Assembly (NCBI GenBank): GCA_965209155.1
Contig: OZ242383.1
Coordinates: 1,600,001-1,664,000 of the forward strand
DNA from: a bacterium
GTDB taxonomy: Bacteria > SAR324 > NAC60-12
Reading direction: 5' to 3'
Length of the DNA stretch: 64,000 nt
The position numbers and the translations under genes are program-made. Of the stretch, positions 18,672-29,112 are shown one piece after another. The notes beneath the pieces are model-generated. The model ran no database searches. It saw only the letters and a program-made list of their open reading frames with translations, and was not told where the DNA came from. Position 1 is the first letter of the stretch; every line of letters begins with the position of its first letter.

Positions 18672-20046
18672 GTGTCTCCTTCTTCATTGGGGGATTTGCG
18701 CCTTCTTTCATTTCCATGATTGCCATGGGTGGCAAGGACTTTGCGAATAAACTGAACAAAGTGAAAAAGAAACCAAAACTTCCAATTGTGATACCAAATT
18801 CGACAACGGTCGGCCAATAAGACCCCCAGGCGGATGGAATGAAATCTCTTTGCAGGGAACTGCCTACAATGTTGAATCGCTCGAACCACATCCCCACGTT
18901 GATCAAGGCGCAGATGATCCACACGCAAACGATGTTGTTGCGAATTTTCCAACGCCAGAGGGGAAGAGGCGCAATTACGTTACAAAATACCATTAAAAAA
19001 AAGGCAATTTGGGGAAAACCGATTTCTTGCTCTCCTAACAGTGTCCAATCCTCCATGGCGCCAAACGCTCTGAAGTAAAATAAGGAGCGTTCGAATTCAC
19101 TACCACTGTACCAGGCAATAAAAAATTCACTGCCATACGCGTACCCTACAATTACCGATGTAAACAATATCACTCTGCAGACGCTCTGAATGACATGGTC
19201 GGTGATGTATTGCTCTAATCCGAAGACGACTCGCATTGGAATCAAAGCTGTCATTACCATTGCCAGACCCGAGAAAATAGCGCCGGCCACAAAATAAGGA
19301 GCAAAAATCGTCGTATGCCAGCCTGGTAATGAAGACATAGCAAAATCCCAGGAAACAATGGAGTGCACCGAGAAAACGAGGGGGGTCGCGATGGCTGCGT
19401 AAATCATGTAACCACGAAGATAGTGCATCCATTGAAAATTAGTACCGCGCCACAAAAATGACAATGGAGTGAAGATCATAGCACGCAATTTCTTACCCTT
19501 GCGAATCGCATCATCCCGGATGATGGCAATATCCGGAATCAACCCGATCATGAAGAAAAGCACCGATACGGTCAGGTAAGTCGTCACCGCAAAGACGTCC
19601 CAAAGCAAAGGCGATTTAAAATTTACCCAAAGCATCCTTTGATTGGGATAAGGAATCAGCCAATATGCGAGCCAGGGACGACCTGTGTGCAGCAAGGGAA
19701 AAAGTCCGGCAGTCATAACCGCAAAAACCGTCATTGCTTCCGCGCCACGATAGATAGCGGTTCTCCAGGGTGCTCTCGTTAAATAAAAAACCGCGGAAAT
19801 TAGCGTTCCGGCATGTCCAATCCCAATCCAGAATACGAAATTGGTGATGTAGACTCCCCATCCAATCGGATGACTGATACCGCTGTAACCAATTCCCACG
19901 TTGATTTGCACGGCAACGGAGAGTACGCCCAAACCCAGTGCGGTCACAAAACCCAGCACCAATAAAAGATATGAAGGGTGAGGACGATCGAGCAGCGCGA
20001 GTAAATCGTCATCGATTTTCGCATAACTGAGTGTTGTTGCACTCAT
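18658..20046 (-). CDS. actC: Alternative complex III NrfD-family subunit ActC
   Basis: WGVYITNFVFWIGIGHAGTLISA, HTGRPW, SVHSIVSWDF, PGWHTTIFAPYFVAGAIFSG. Confidence 0.95.
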   Translation of the reverse strand: MSATTLSYAKIDDDLLALLDRPHPSYLLLVLGFVTALGLGVLSVAVQINVGIGYSGISHPIGWGVYITNFVFWIGIGHAGTLISAVFYLTRAPWRTAIYRGAEAMTVFAVMTAGLFPLLHTGRPWLAYWLIPYPNQRMLWVNFKSPLLWDVFAVTTYLTVSVLFFMIGLIPDIAIIRDDAIRKGKKLRAMIFTPLSFLWRGTNFQWMHYLRGYMIYAAIATPLVFSVHSIVSWDFAMSSLPGWHTTIFAPYFVAGAIFSGLAMVMTALIPMRVVFGLEQYITDHVIQSVCRVILFTSVIVGYAYGSEFFIAWYSGSEFERSLFYFRAFGAMEDWTLLGEQEIGFPQIAFFLMVFCNVIAPLPLWRWKIRNNIVCVWIICALINVGMWFERFNIVGSSLQRDFIPSAWGSYWPTVVEFGITIGSFGFFFTLFSLFAKSLPPMAIMEMKEGANPPMKKETHEQV

Positions 20047-20078
20047 AAAAATACTCCTGTCAGGTTAATTGGATAAAT

Positions 20079-23054
20079 TTAACTTTGTGATTTTTCATTG
20101 TGATGGGAAGAGGACAGGTCATCCAGATTGACTTTCTTAAGATAAGTAATGGCTGGTTTGTAGTTCAACTCAGCAATCATCTCATACTGGCGGTCGCGAT
20201 TTTTTATACTGTTGTCACCATTCCCACTTGTTGTTCGCTTGGCACTGCGAGAAACTTCGCTTTCAGAATCCATCAAATTACCAAATTTAATGGCCTGTGT
20301 CGGACAGGTCTGTTGACAAGCCGTCAATATTTCCCCATCCTGCACGTCTCGCCCCAGCTGGCGAGCAGCATTTTGGGACTCTTTAATTCGCTGTACGCAG
20401 AAAGTGCATTTTTCCATCACTCCCACACCCCGCGTGGTTATAGTAGTGTTCAATTGCTGATTCAGAGGCTCGGGAAATTCATAATTGAACCAGTTGAAGC
20501 GGCGTACTTTGTACGCGCAGTTGTTGGAACAATAGCGAGTTCCTACGCAGCGATTGTAGGCTTGTACATTCAATCCTTCCGAGTTGTGATACGTCGCATA
20601 AACAGGACAGACGGGTTCACAGCCTGCATTCTCGCATTGTTGACACGTGATAGGAGCGAAACGAGTTTCGAAATCATCGCCATGTCCTTCAATATAGCGA
20701 TCGATACGGATCCAAGACATTTCCCGTCCCAACCCGGTTCGTTCTTTTCCCACCACCGGTAAATTATTTTCCGCATAGCAAGCAACCACACAGGCCGAAC
20801 AGCCATTGCAGCGATCCAGATCAATCGTCATACCCCAGCGGTAGGGTTTATAATATCCCGCCGTTTCCCGACGTGGAGGATAAACTTCCCGGGGACGTTG
20901 GTGTTGACCATCCTCATGGGATTGCGGGTTTTTAATGGCTTCCACTGTAGTTGCCAGGGAAATGCTGCGTCCCAACTGACGGGCGTTGCCATCGACATTA
21001 ACAGTGTAGGAACGCTGTGAGGTAGGGGAAACTTCCGCATTGACACTGATCCAGCTCAGATTCCCGGAGTTTGGATCTGTTTTCATCGGCAGTAAATCAA
21101 GAACATTCACTCCGTAGTTGTCAGCCACTGGACCTGAATGTACATGTCCCTGCCCTAAAGGGATCGCGATGGCCTCTCTATGAATACCAAAATGGTAATA
21201 AGCCGTTGCTTCCACGCTTCCATGAGGAGTACTCACTCGAACAACCTCCCTGTCTTTAATACCTAGTTTTTTGGCAGTATCGGGATTGATTTCTACCCAG
21301 GAATCCCAAACGATTTGAGTCATAGGATTGGGGATTTCCTGCAACCATGGCTTATTTGCACCACTGCCATCCCCCATCAAAAGAGAGGAAGAAGGTAGTA
21401 AAACCAGACCTTTCCCCTCCAATTGAGGGGTTTTCGGTTTGTAGTTGACAACATCTGGTTGCAAGGAAACGTTGACGGGTATCCCGTTGTCGAAAACCCC
21501 ACCCGTTTCCAGTGTTTTGATCCAAAAGGCTGAAAATGGAAGACTGTTGTCTGTTTCAGCATGAATTCCAGTCCAGATTTTTTTCAGGTAATCCAGGTAG
21601 GTGCTCACGCCGGCGAACTGACCTGTTCCCAATTGCTTGCTGACTTCCAGCAAAATATCGGCTTTCGCCCTGGCATCGAATTTGTCCACTGGCGACATCA
21701 CCGGTTGCATGACGCTGCGGATTCCAGAACGCAAAAAAGTGTCTCCCCAGCTTTCATAGGGAGTCAAAGTGGGAAGTAAAAGTTGCGCCTTGTTTGTGGT
21801 TTCATCCCGAAATGTTGAAAGAGAGACCACAAATGCGTTCTGCATGGCCTCTGCGAAGCCGAATGAAGGGGGCAACGCATAAACCGGATTGACATTCTCA
21901 ATGATCAATAGTTTGATTTTCTCCTCATTCAAATCCTGGATCAATTGCAGCAGATCCTTATGCGAGTTTACGACAGGCGGTGTCTGATCATGAAACTGTA
22001 TCGTCTCTCCCATATTCCCGGCAACTGCATTCAAGATATTGATTGCAACCAGAGTAGCAGTGCCCTGCTCGGTCGCCACCAGGTTCCCTCCACCCAATGC
22101 GAGACTGGGCAAATGGGATTCGAATTCTTGAGAAATTCTTTTAATGGTTCCCGCAGTGATTCCAATTTCATCCGCAACTTTTTCTGCTGAGAATTCAGCG
22201 AGAAATTTTTTTAAAAACTGGTAATGTCCCTTTGATTCACGTATTTCATGCGCTATTGCCAATGCCATCAACCCTTCAGTACCCGGTTTGATCATCACCC
22301 ATTCATCGGCTTTGGCACCAGTCAGGGAAACGTGCGGTCCCACGTGAACGAACTTGTTTTTACGACCATTTTGATAAGCATGCATGGCAGTGAATTGCCG
22401 GGTGTTTTTCACAACACTGCCCCAGGTTTCCATGAAATCGGCGCTGAAGTTGAGCAAATATCTGGCTTTTTCAAGAGCATATTGTGGCAAGTCCGCCCGT
22501 CCGAACGCAATTTGATTCGCAGCCCTTTCACTGATTTGCGATTGGACTTCAAAACTGATCCGTTTCCCCCCTCCAACCGCATTCAACCATTGCTCGATAA
22601 ATGGACCATCACTCCCCATGATTGGCTTTCCAAGATAAACAACTTGTCCCGCAGCCCCTTGTATTTGCTCCGAAAAACTCTTGATCGCATCCGTCCAACT
22701 CAATGGAGCTCCGTCTTGTTGAGGAAAGGCAAGACGCTCAGGGTTGTACAGTGCTTGCATGGAGGCTTGGCCTTTGGCGCAAAGCGCTCCCCGGTTGACG
22801 GGATGATTGGGGTTCCCTTCCGCTTTTTGCGCTCTGCCTTCTCGGGTGGTAACCATCATGCCACAACCTGCCGAGCATTCCTGGCAGGTGGTCATATACT
22901 GGTAAGCTGTCTGAGGCGTGTATTCAAATTCGTTTGGTGGAAGCAACAGGGGAATCAATTTTTCCGGTTTTTGCTCACAACTTGCTGCCAGCGCAGTTGC
23001 TCCACCCATTCCCATATATTTGAATAAATTTCTTCGACTAAGGCCTCTTTTCAT
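20079..23054 (-). CDS. actB: Alternative complex III ActB (molybdopterin-oxidoreductase-like + Fe-S subunit)
   Basis: Tat signal SRRNLFK and ALAASC; CNGCSACVVAC, CQQCENAGCEPVCP, RCVGTRYCSNNC, KCTFC, CQQTCP; SD AGGAG before ATG 23054. Confidence 0.92.
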   Translation of the reverse strand: MKRGLSRRNLFKYMGMGGATALAASCEQKPEKLIPLLLPPNEFEYTPQTAYQYMTTCQECSAGCGMMVTTREGRAQKAEGNPNHPVNRGALCAKGQASMQALYNPERLAFPQQDGAPLSWTDAIKSFSEQIQGAAGQVVYLGKPIMGSDGPFIEQWLNAVGGGKRISFEVQSQISERAANQIAFGRADLPQYALEKARYLLNFSADFMETWGSVVKNTRQFTAMHAYQNGRKNKFVHVGPHVSLTGAKADEWVMIKPGTEGLMALAIAHEIRESKGHYQFLKKFLAEFSAEKVADEIGITAGTIKRISQEFESHLPSLALGGGNLVATEQGTATLVAINILNAVAGNMGETIQFHDQTPPVVNSHKDLLQLIQDLNEEKIKLLIIENVNPVYALPPSFGFAEAMQNAFVVSLSTFRDETTNKAQLLLPTLTPYESWGDTFLRSGIRSVMQPVMSPVDKFDARAKADILLEVSKQLGTGQFAGVSTYLDYLKKIWTGIHAETDNSLPFSAFWIKTLETGGVFDNGIPVNVSLQPDVVNYKPKTPQLEGKGLVLLPSSSLLMGDGSGANKPWLQEIPNPMTQIVWDSWVEINPDTAKKLGIKDREVVRVSTPHGSVEATAYYHFGIHREAIAIPLGQGHVHSGPVADNYGVNVLDLLPMKTDPNSGNLSWISVNAEVSPTSQRSYTVNVDGNARQLGRSISLATTVEAIKNPQSHEDGQHQRPREVYPPRRETAGYYKPYRWGMTIDLDRCNGCSACVVACYAENNLPVVGKERTGLGREMSWIRIDRYIEGHGDDFETRFAPITCQQCENAGCEPVCPVYATYHNSEGLNVQAYNRCVGTRYCSNNCAYKVRRFNWFNYEFPEPLNQQLNTTITTRGVGVMEKCTFCVQRIKESQNAARQLGRDVQDGEILTACQQTCPTQAIKFGNLMDSESEVSRSAKRTTSGNGDNSIKNRDRQYEMIAELNYKPAITYLKKVNLDDLSSSHHNEKSQS

Positions 23055-23065
23055 TGCAACGACTC

Positions 23066-23809
23066 CTAATAATGACAACTGTAACAGTCGGTGAGAACAG
23101 GATTGTGGTATCCTTTCTCATTTTTCAATCCAATCAATTGTTCTCGTATTTCATCTTGTTCTTTGGCATTGAACCAACCTTGTAACGTATTCAGCGCCCG
23201 CTTCCTGGCAACTGCACCTTTCACTTCAAGATGGCATTCAAGACACCATCCCATTTCTCCAAAATTGTTGTCGACAACTTGCACAACTTCCATTGTTTTT
23301 ACACTGCCATGACATGCTATGCAGCGGTTGTCTCCTCCCTGTTTGAAGTACTTCACTTTACACGCAAGTGAACGATCATCGTTTATATCGTCACATCCTT
23401 CTTCCGCTCCCTCTATAAAGCGTTCGGCATCCGCATTGATGTGTTTGGTGTGTGGAAAGCGCACGAAGTCGGGTAAGTCGTGAACTTTCACCCATGGAAT
23501 GGGTTCCTGCTTTGCCCAATAATCCCGCATTTTGTTTACTTCCACACTTTCCGGCTGAATCAAGGGAGCTTCCTTCGTTCCATGACAACCCAGGCAAATA
23601 CTGACAGGGGGTACTCCGGAAGAAAATGAACGTCTCGCATAAATATGGCAATATTGACAGGGGATTTCGTTTTGAGTGACGTGCGTTTCATGACTGAATG
23701 CGATCGGCTGTTCCTTAGCCATTAAAAAGGAACTAAACGTCAGACAAAACAAGGTGACAAAAAACGTGGCGAGCGTGGTTAAAAAAGCAGATAAACGAAA
23801 TGGTTGCAT
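23066..23809 (-). CDS. actA: Alternative complex III pentaheme cytochrome c ActA
   Basis: Five CxxCH (CQYCH, CLGCH, CIACH, CLECH, CYSCH), QPIAFSHETH, VHDLPDFVRFPH, MGWCLECH. Confidence 0.88.
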   Translation of the reverse strand: MQPFRLSAFLTTLATFFVTLFCLTFSSFLMAKEQPIAFSHETHVTQNEIPCQYCHIYARRSFSSGVPPVSICLGCHGTKEAPLIQPESVEVNKMRDYWAKQEPIPWVKVHDLPDFVRFPHTKHINADAERFIEGAEEGCDDINDDRSLACKVKYFKQGGDNRCIACHGSVKTMEVVQVVDNNFGEMGWCLECHLEVKGAVARKRALNTLQGWFNAKEQDEIREQLIGLKNEKGYHNPVLTDCYSCHY

Positions 23810-23978
23810 GAGAAAATCCGAACCTTTAGAATTTATTTCGTCGTAGTGATTAAAAATTTGCATGTTATTAGGTATCATTTCGATCAATCAATCAATATAA
23901 AATAATTTTATTTCATCATCAATTTCAATTTCGCCTCTATGAAAAAAAAATGTGGAAAAAACAAAGACTGAATTGAGC

Positions 23979-25085
23979 TTATTGCTTGAAATTCTCTTCT
24001 GGTTGGGGAGGACTGAGGTGCAGTGTTTGGGTGGGGAAAGCAAATTCCAATCCCAATTCTTCGATTTTTGTCATAATTTTCAATAGAAAAGCCTCCTTCA
24101 CATCCATATGTTCCTGCCATACGGTAGTAACAGTGAAGCAGTATACCAAAATATCAAGACTGTAGGCGCCGAAACCGATAAAATTGACCAGATAAAAGTC
24201 ATGGTGGATCTGATCATCTTCCACGATAATCGTTCGTATTCCCTGCAAGGCAGCTTGCATTTGACGGGCGGATGTCCCGTAGGTCACGCCGATGGTCAGT
24301 TTGATCCTTCTTTTTTCCATGCGGGACCAGTTGTTGATCACGCTGGTGGTAAAATGGGAATTGGGTACCGTGATCAAGCTGTTGGCAAAAGTACGGATGC
24401 GGATCGTGCGCAATCCCACGTCTTCAACCGTACCTTCGATATTATCCACCTCGATCCAGTCTCCTATCTGGAAAGGACGGTCAAAAAAAATTACCAGTGA
24501 ACCGAAAAGATTGGCCAGCGTGTCCCTGGAAGCCAAAGCAAGCGCAGCACCTCCCAAACCCAGACTTGCAATCAGACTGCCTACCGAATAACCCATGTTT
24601 TGTACGAAAAGCACGACTCCCAGCAAAATCAGAAAGGCGCGACCTCCTTTGCGAAGAATGGGGATCAACTGGTCGTCGAGTTTCGTGTCTGTTTCAATGG
24701 CAGCCTCTGTCCAAAGATCACAGAGCACTTCAAAAAAGCGAAGGGCAATCCAAATCCCTAACAAGATCCAACTTGCCCGAAACAATGCTTCGACAAATCG
24801 TTCAACATCAACTGGTTCCGTCGGCAACTGCAATATCAAAGATGCAGCATAAACCGCAATCAGCGGAGGGATCCAACCCACGGGCTTTTTCAGACTCTCT
24901 AAAAAAAGATGATCAAACTGGAAACGGGACGCTCGTGCCTTTTGAATCAAATGCGCGAAAAAAACCATTACGATTTTTCGTACGAAAAATCCTGCCAGGA
25001 GGATACCGAATGAAATAAGTAGATTTTGAAGAGTAATGCCGAGTAATTGAGTTTGAAAAAATTTGAGTATCTCGAAATTTTCCAT
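23979..25085 (-). CDS. Small-conductance mechanosensitive channel (MscS family)
   Basis: LGLGGAALALASRDTLANLFG, DRPFQIGDWI, GTVEDVGLRT, FAFPTQT. Confidence 0.93.
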   Translation of the reverse strand: MENFEILKFFQTQLLGITLQNLLISFGILLAGFFVRKIVMVFFAHLIQKARASRFQFDHLFLESLKKPVGWIPPLIAVYAASLILQLPTEPVDVERFVEALFRASWILLGIWIALRFFEVLCDLWTEAAIETDTKLDDQLIPILRKGGRAFLILLGVVLFVQNMGYSVGSLIASLGLGGAALALASRDTLANLFGSLVIFFDRPFQIGDWIEVDNIEGTVEDVGLRTIRIRTFANSLITVPNSHFTTSVINNWSRMEKRRIKLTIGVTYGTSARQMQAALQGIRTIIVEDDQIHHDFYLVNFIGFGAYSLDILVYCFTVTTVWQEHMDVKEAFLLKIMTKIEELGLEFAFPTQTLHLSPPQPEENFKQ

Positions 25086-25432
25086 GTTTGATCGTTCCAG
25101 TGAATCGGGAAAAAGACGGTATCGGTCCGAAATTGCTTCAATCTTACGTTAGTTTGTCCGTCACATCAAAGTCAAAAGAAACCCCTCTTCACCAAATAAT
25201 CGTTCTACTCAGGAAGATACGGCCAGGTTGAGCGATTTTAATAAAAATTTCTCAACTTTTTTAAAAAAGTGTGATATTACAATGTGTTACATTAAAATAT
25301 CCACAAAATCTTATTCAACCCAACAGGTAGAGAGCTTCATGAAAAAAGAAACAACGATTCAGGGAAATAATAAACTGAAAATTACGGTTTTCTCGACCAC
25401 TAAGCCTTCAGGCAATTTATATCTGAAAAATC

Positions 25433-26218
25433 ATGCTGGAACTCAGGAAAGAGCCACGTAAAAATTTAAGAGGTCGACTGTTGGATGGAATCCGTTGCTT
25501 GATTCCTGCGAAATGTTGGGATTGCCAGAAATGGCTAATCCAGGATGAATACACATTCCAAAAATCTCTGCAAAATGCATATCCCTTTCTCTGCCAACCC
25601 TGTTTGAAAAATTTGCCATGGACGATACCAGAGTTCAGTTGTACTCGTTGTGGTCAGCAGACTGGCGAACCCAATCGGGTTTCCTGTCCGGAATGCCTGG
25701 GGCAGAATTTCTTTTTCGACCGGTTTTGGGGTGGTTTTCATTATGACGAGCAGATTCAACAGTGGATTACGCAATTCAAATATGGAAAACAAGTACACAT
25801 GGCACCGATGTTGGGGCGATTGCTCGCTTTGAGCCTCGATCGTTATGCTCTGCCTGCAGAAGTGGATGGTATCATTCCCATTTCCTTGCACCAAAAACGA
25901 TTGCGGGAGAGAGGCTTCAATCAAGCATTGCTACTCGCCTACCATACTTTTGCCTCACCCCTCCTGCAACCTTTTTGGTTGCAACGAGTCCGGTCTACAG
26001 TACCGCAAACGGAACTTACATTTAAATTGCGGCTACAAAACATGGAAAATGCCTTTCAGGCCGATCCCCGGGTCGCAGGGAAAAACCTGCTTCTCCTCGA
26101 TGACGTCATGACCACTGGTGCGACCCTCAATGCTGCTACTCAAGCATTGAAAGACAAAGGGGCCCTCTATGTCGGAGTGGTAGTACTGGCTCGAAGAATA
26201 CGATCTGCCTCCCTGTGA
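25433..26218 (+). CDS. comF: ComF family protein (double zinc ribbon + PRTase)
   Basis: CxxC pairs, RLRERGFNQA, LLLDDVMTTGATL. Confidence 0.9.
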   Translation: MLELRKEPRKNLRGRLLDGIRCLIPAKCWDCQKWLIQDEYTFQKSLQNAYPFLCQPCLKNLPWTIPEFSCTRCGQQTGEPNRVSCPECLGQNFFFDRFWGGFHYDEQIQQWITQFKYGKQVHMAPMLGRLLALSLDRYALPAEVDGIIPISLHQKRLRERGFNQALLLAYHTFASPLLQPFWLQRVRSTVPQTELTFKLRLQNMENAFQADPRVAGKNLLLLDDVMTTGATLNAATQALKDKGALYVGVVVLARRIRSASL

Positions 26219-26637
26219 TTCAGAAATCACATTTCATCTTAAGACAACAGACACAATAAGATAGAAAAATTGATATGTTCAGTTTTTTATATAAAAAATA
26301 TTGATATATCGTTTTATTGAGCATATAATAGAATGTATTATGAAATGGGAACAACAACAACGATTGACAATTTTAGAATTGATTGTGCTTTTCAGGGGAC
26401 AGCTGACGACAAAAGCATTGACAGAAACTTTTGGAGTGGGAAGAGTGCAGGCCTCCAAAGATTTTTCCTTTTATCAAAAACATTATCCCAAGAATTTGGA
26501 ATATAACCGCAGAAAGAAACACTACCTTCCCGCTGATCGGTTTGAGCCTGGATTTCTCCCTGAAAATGGGGACGAGATGCTGAAACTGTATTGTCAGTAC
26601 ATACAACCGGAAGCATTTCTATTTTTTGGAGAAAATC

Positions 26638-28120
26638 GGGTGTAATTAAAAGTGAGGGGCATTTCAATTAAGCCCTTTGAAGTTGTTGCCAATAACAATC
26701 CCATTTTCCATTGGCTCTTACCACCCTGAGTTGAATCATCTGATCGGCATGTTGTTTTTTCCACCAAGCGCCAGGGAGTTTGAGCCTTTTTTGGATGAGG
26801 GAACGATGGGCGCTTTCAATTTTTCCAGAGCCGATAGGGAGTTGTTGATCAATAGCTGTTTTGTATTCAAACTGTCCGGGACGATTTTTCATGTAACGTA
26901 CCAAAGCGCGAATGGGGGCCTTTTCATTGGGAATAGATTCGGATTCTTGCCTGGATATAAATTGCTCTAACACGCTGTCAGCTCCTCCTTTTTTCAAGAT
27001 TTGCTTCTGCTTTTTCAGGAACGGTGAGCCGTCTTCAAAAGCGGCTTGGCAGGCTGCACCAAGATAATCACAGAGATGATAAAAATCGATGAGATAGTTC
27101 GCCTGAGCGCCAAAATGAGTTTCGATTTTTTCACAGATCCAAGGGGCTCCATCCCCTAAAGCATGAATCTTCGTCTGCTTTCCCAGTCCCGCTTTAAGCG
27201 CGACCTCTTTCATTTGAAAACCCGCTTCATCTCTGCCGTTCAAGGTTCCAGCATAAATGGAGTCGACACTTCCTCGAGCATAGGCTAAGGAGGTAATCCC
27301 TTCTTTCCAACTCACTTGACGCGTTTTTCTGCGATCCCCCGTAAAAGTAGAGTCTGCCGTCTCTACCAGAGGCACCATGGTGCCATCACTTTGCACTATC
27401 ACCACCCCCGCCCCACTGGCCTCCCTGCTGGACTGCTGCTCTTCTTTCAGGGAGAAACATCTCTGACTGTGATGGAGGGTTCGCGCTCGAATACTGCTGG
27501 AAGGAATGTCAATGCCATAATGCTCCTTGAGTTTCTGGCTCGCTGCTGCAAAGGAGACATCGGCCCCAAAATCCACCATCGCTCGCTGCAGAGGCTCTGA
27601 ATAACCTTGGCACTGAACCCCAATCGAGGCACTCAAGGGTCTCTGTCTTTTTCCTCGCCGTCCTTCCCTGAAAACAAGTTCTTCGATTCCAATGGGACCA
27701 AAGGTGCTGTGCCAATATATTTTTTTTTACCATCTCGGATCAGATCCGCTTTTTGAGAAGACTCTGCTTCTTTTATATCGGACTGATGGCCCAACCAGCC
27801 TTGAAGCACTTCCTGACCTAATTTACGCACTTCTTCAATCGTCCGCCTCTCAGCCTCATCGGCTGTTTGGCAACTCCCATCGTCATTTTCGATAATCCCC
27901 AGAATGGATTCCATCCGATGGCGCAGGTGAGGATATTTCGACAGCCGTTCTGCTAATGAAAAAGATGACTCGTCACCTTCCCTTAGTTCTGAGTAACCTA
28001 AGCATTTTGACATTTTCAACTCCTGTTTGAAGGTCAATCATTCGAATACACTCCTACTTTCAAAATACTTAAAGCACATGTCCAGCTATTTCTCTCTGCC
28101 CCACACTTTTAATTACACCC
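26638..28120 (-). mobile_element. ISKra4-family insertion sequence, 1483 bp
   Basis: 24-bp terminal IRs GGGTGTAATTAAAAGTG(A/T)GGGGCA (26638-26661, 28097-28120); 9-bp target duplication GAGAAAATC (26629-26637, 28121-28129). Confidence 0.92.
26668..28037 (-). CDS. ISKra4-family DDE transposase encoded in two frames (-1 shift at A9)
   Basis: SDGTMVP, LGDGAPWI, IDFYHLCDYL, PIGSGKIESAHR..QKRLKLPGAWW; -1 shift at T9 (27720-27728) links ORF1 to YWHSTFG and ORF2. Confidence 0.85.
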
Positions 28121-28788
28121 GAGAAAATCGATTCAAGGTCTCGCTGGAGGTGATTTCGCCCATCAATCGAATGATGGATTGGCAAGTGGTTTCCCGAATC
28201 AGTCAGGCCATCTATCAAGCAAGAAATATTCGTATTGAATATCAACCGATGAGTCGAGAAGAACCCGATGTGCGTGAGATCGCTCCGCATTCCTTTGTAT
28301 TCAATGGCTATCGCTGGCATGTGAGAGCTTATTGTACGATCAAGAAAAAATTTCAGGATTTTTTACCAACCCGCATCCTGGGAGCTCCTTATTTAGGAGA
28401 TGCAGCTCAATTTGGAGTTTCGGAAGATCAATATTGGAACGAAACTGTTGAAGTAGTGCTCGTGCCCAGTCCACAATATGCGGCGAATCGCAGACGAGTT
28501 ATTGCTCATGAATATGGAATGAAAGAGGACCAATTAAAAGTTGTTTTGAAAAAAGCGCTCGTCGGTTATTACTTGCAGTATCTCAGGTTGGACCGGGAGG
28601 ATACGGAAAAAGACCCGCATCAGCAAATTATTGTCTCAAATCGTGAAGCATTGAGGCCCTATATTTGGTTTTGACGGTCTATTCTCAGCTTACCTCCTCA
28701 AATATGCTTCACTTTCCGACTGTGGCAAGTTCAGGTTGAACGAAGGACCGGGAGGAGGACGGAATGAACAATCAATTGGAGGTTTCGT

Positions 28789-29097
28789 ATGACACAGCGA
28801 TTTAATACACCCTCTTGGGAATATCCACCAACTGTTGGCAAGGCGGTTCAGGAACTGATGTCTCTCCTTTCCCCTCAAGAAATCGAAGAAATCCGCAATG
28901 CATCCCGAGACAACCTGGAAAATTTCCAATTGTCACTGGGCAGTTGGATCGGTTTCAATTTCGGCCTTTGGCACCAAAATCAACGTTTGATCAGTTCCTG
29001 CAAAACGACCGTTGGCATCCATCAGGATTTAACCATGAATCCGGACTACGCATCTGAAGTGATCATCGAATCACTATGGGAGCGACTGCAAAAATAA
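28789..29097 (+). CDS. Hypothetical protein (DUF6794-like)
   Basis: SD GGAGGT; PPTVGKAV..LS..LGSWIGFNFGLW..N..L..SC..PDYASEVII pattern. Confidence 0.6.
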   Translation: MTQRFNTPSWEYPPTVGKAVQELMSLLSPQEIEEIRNASRDNLENFQLSLGSWIGFNFGLWHQNQRLISSCKTTVGIHQDLTMNPDYASEVIIESLWERLQK

Positions 29098-29112
29098 GGG
29101 ATTCCAATCGAC

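Larger units (their letters stand above)
26340..28674 (+). pseudogene. CapW/BrxR-type wHTH-WYL transcriptional regulator interrupted by an IS
   Basis: N-half KWEQQQRL..FGVGRVQASKDFSFY; C-half IEYQPMS..PHSFVFNGYRWHVRAYC..FQDF; joining 26340-26637 to 28130-28674 gives an in-frame 280-aa ORF (..FGENRFKVS..). Confidence 0.88.

Noticed and set aside
23878..23895. FNR box upstream of actA
   Set aside because: ATCA repeats do not give TTGAT-N4-ATCAA
28027..28129. Independent start for the WYL C-terminal ORF
   Set aside because: The first ~31 codons are IS sequence; expression from an IS promoter cannot be supported
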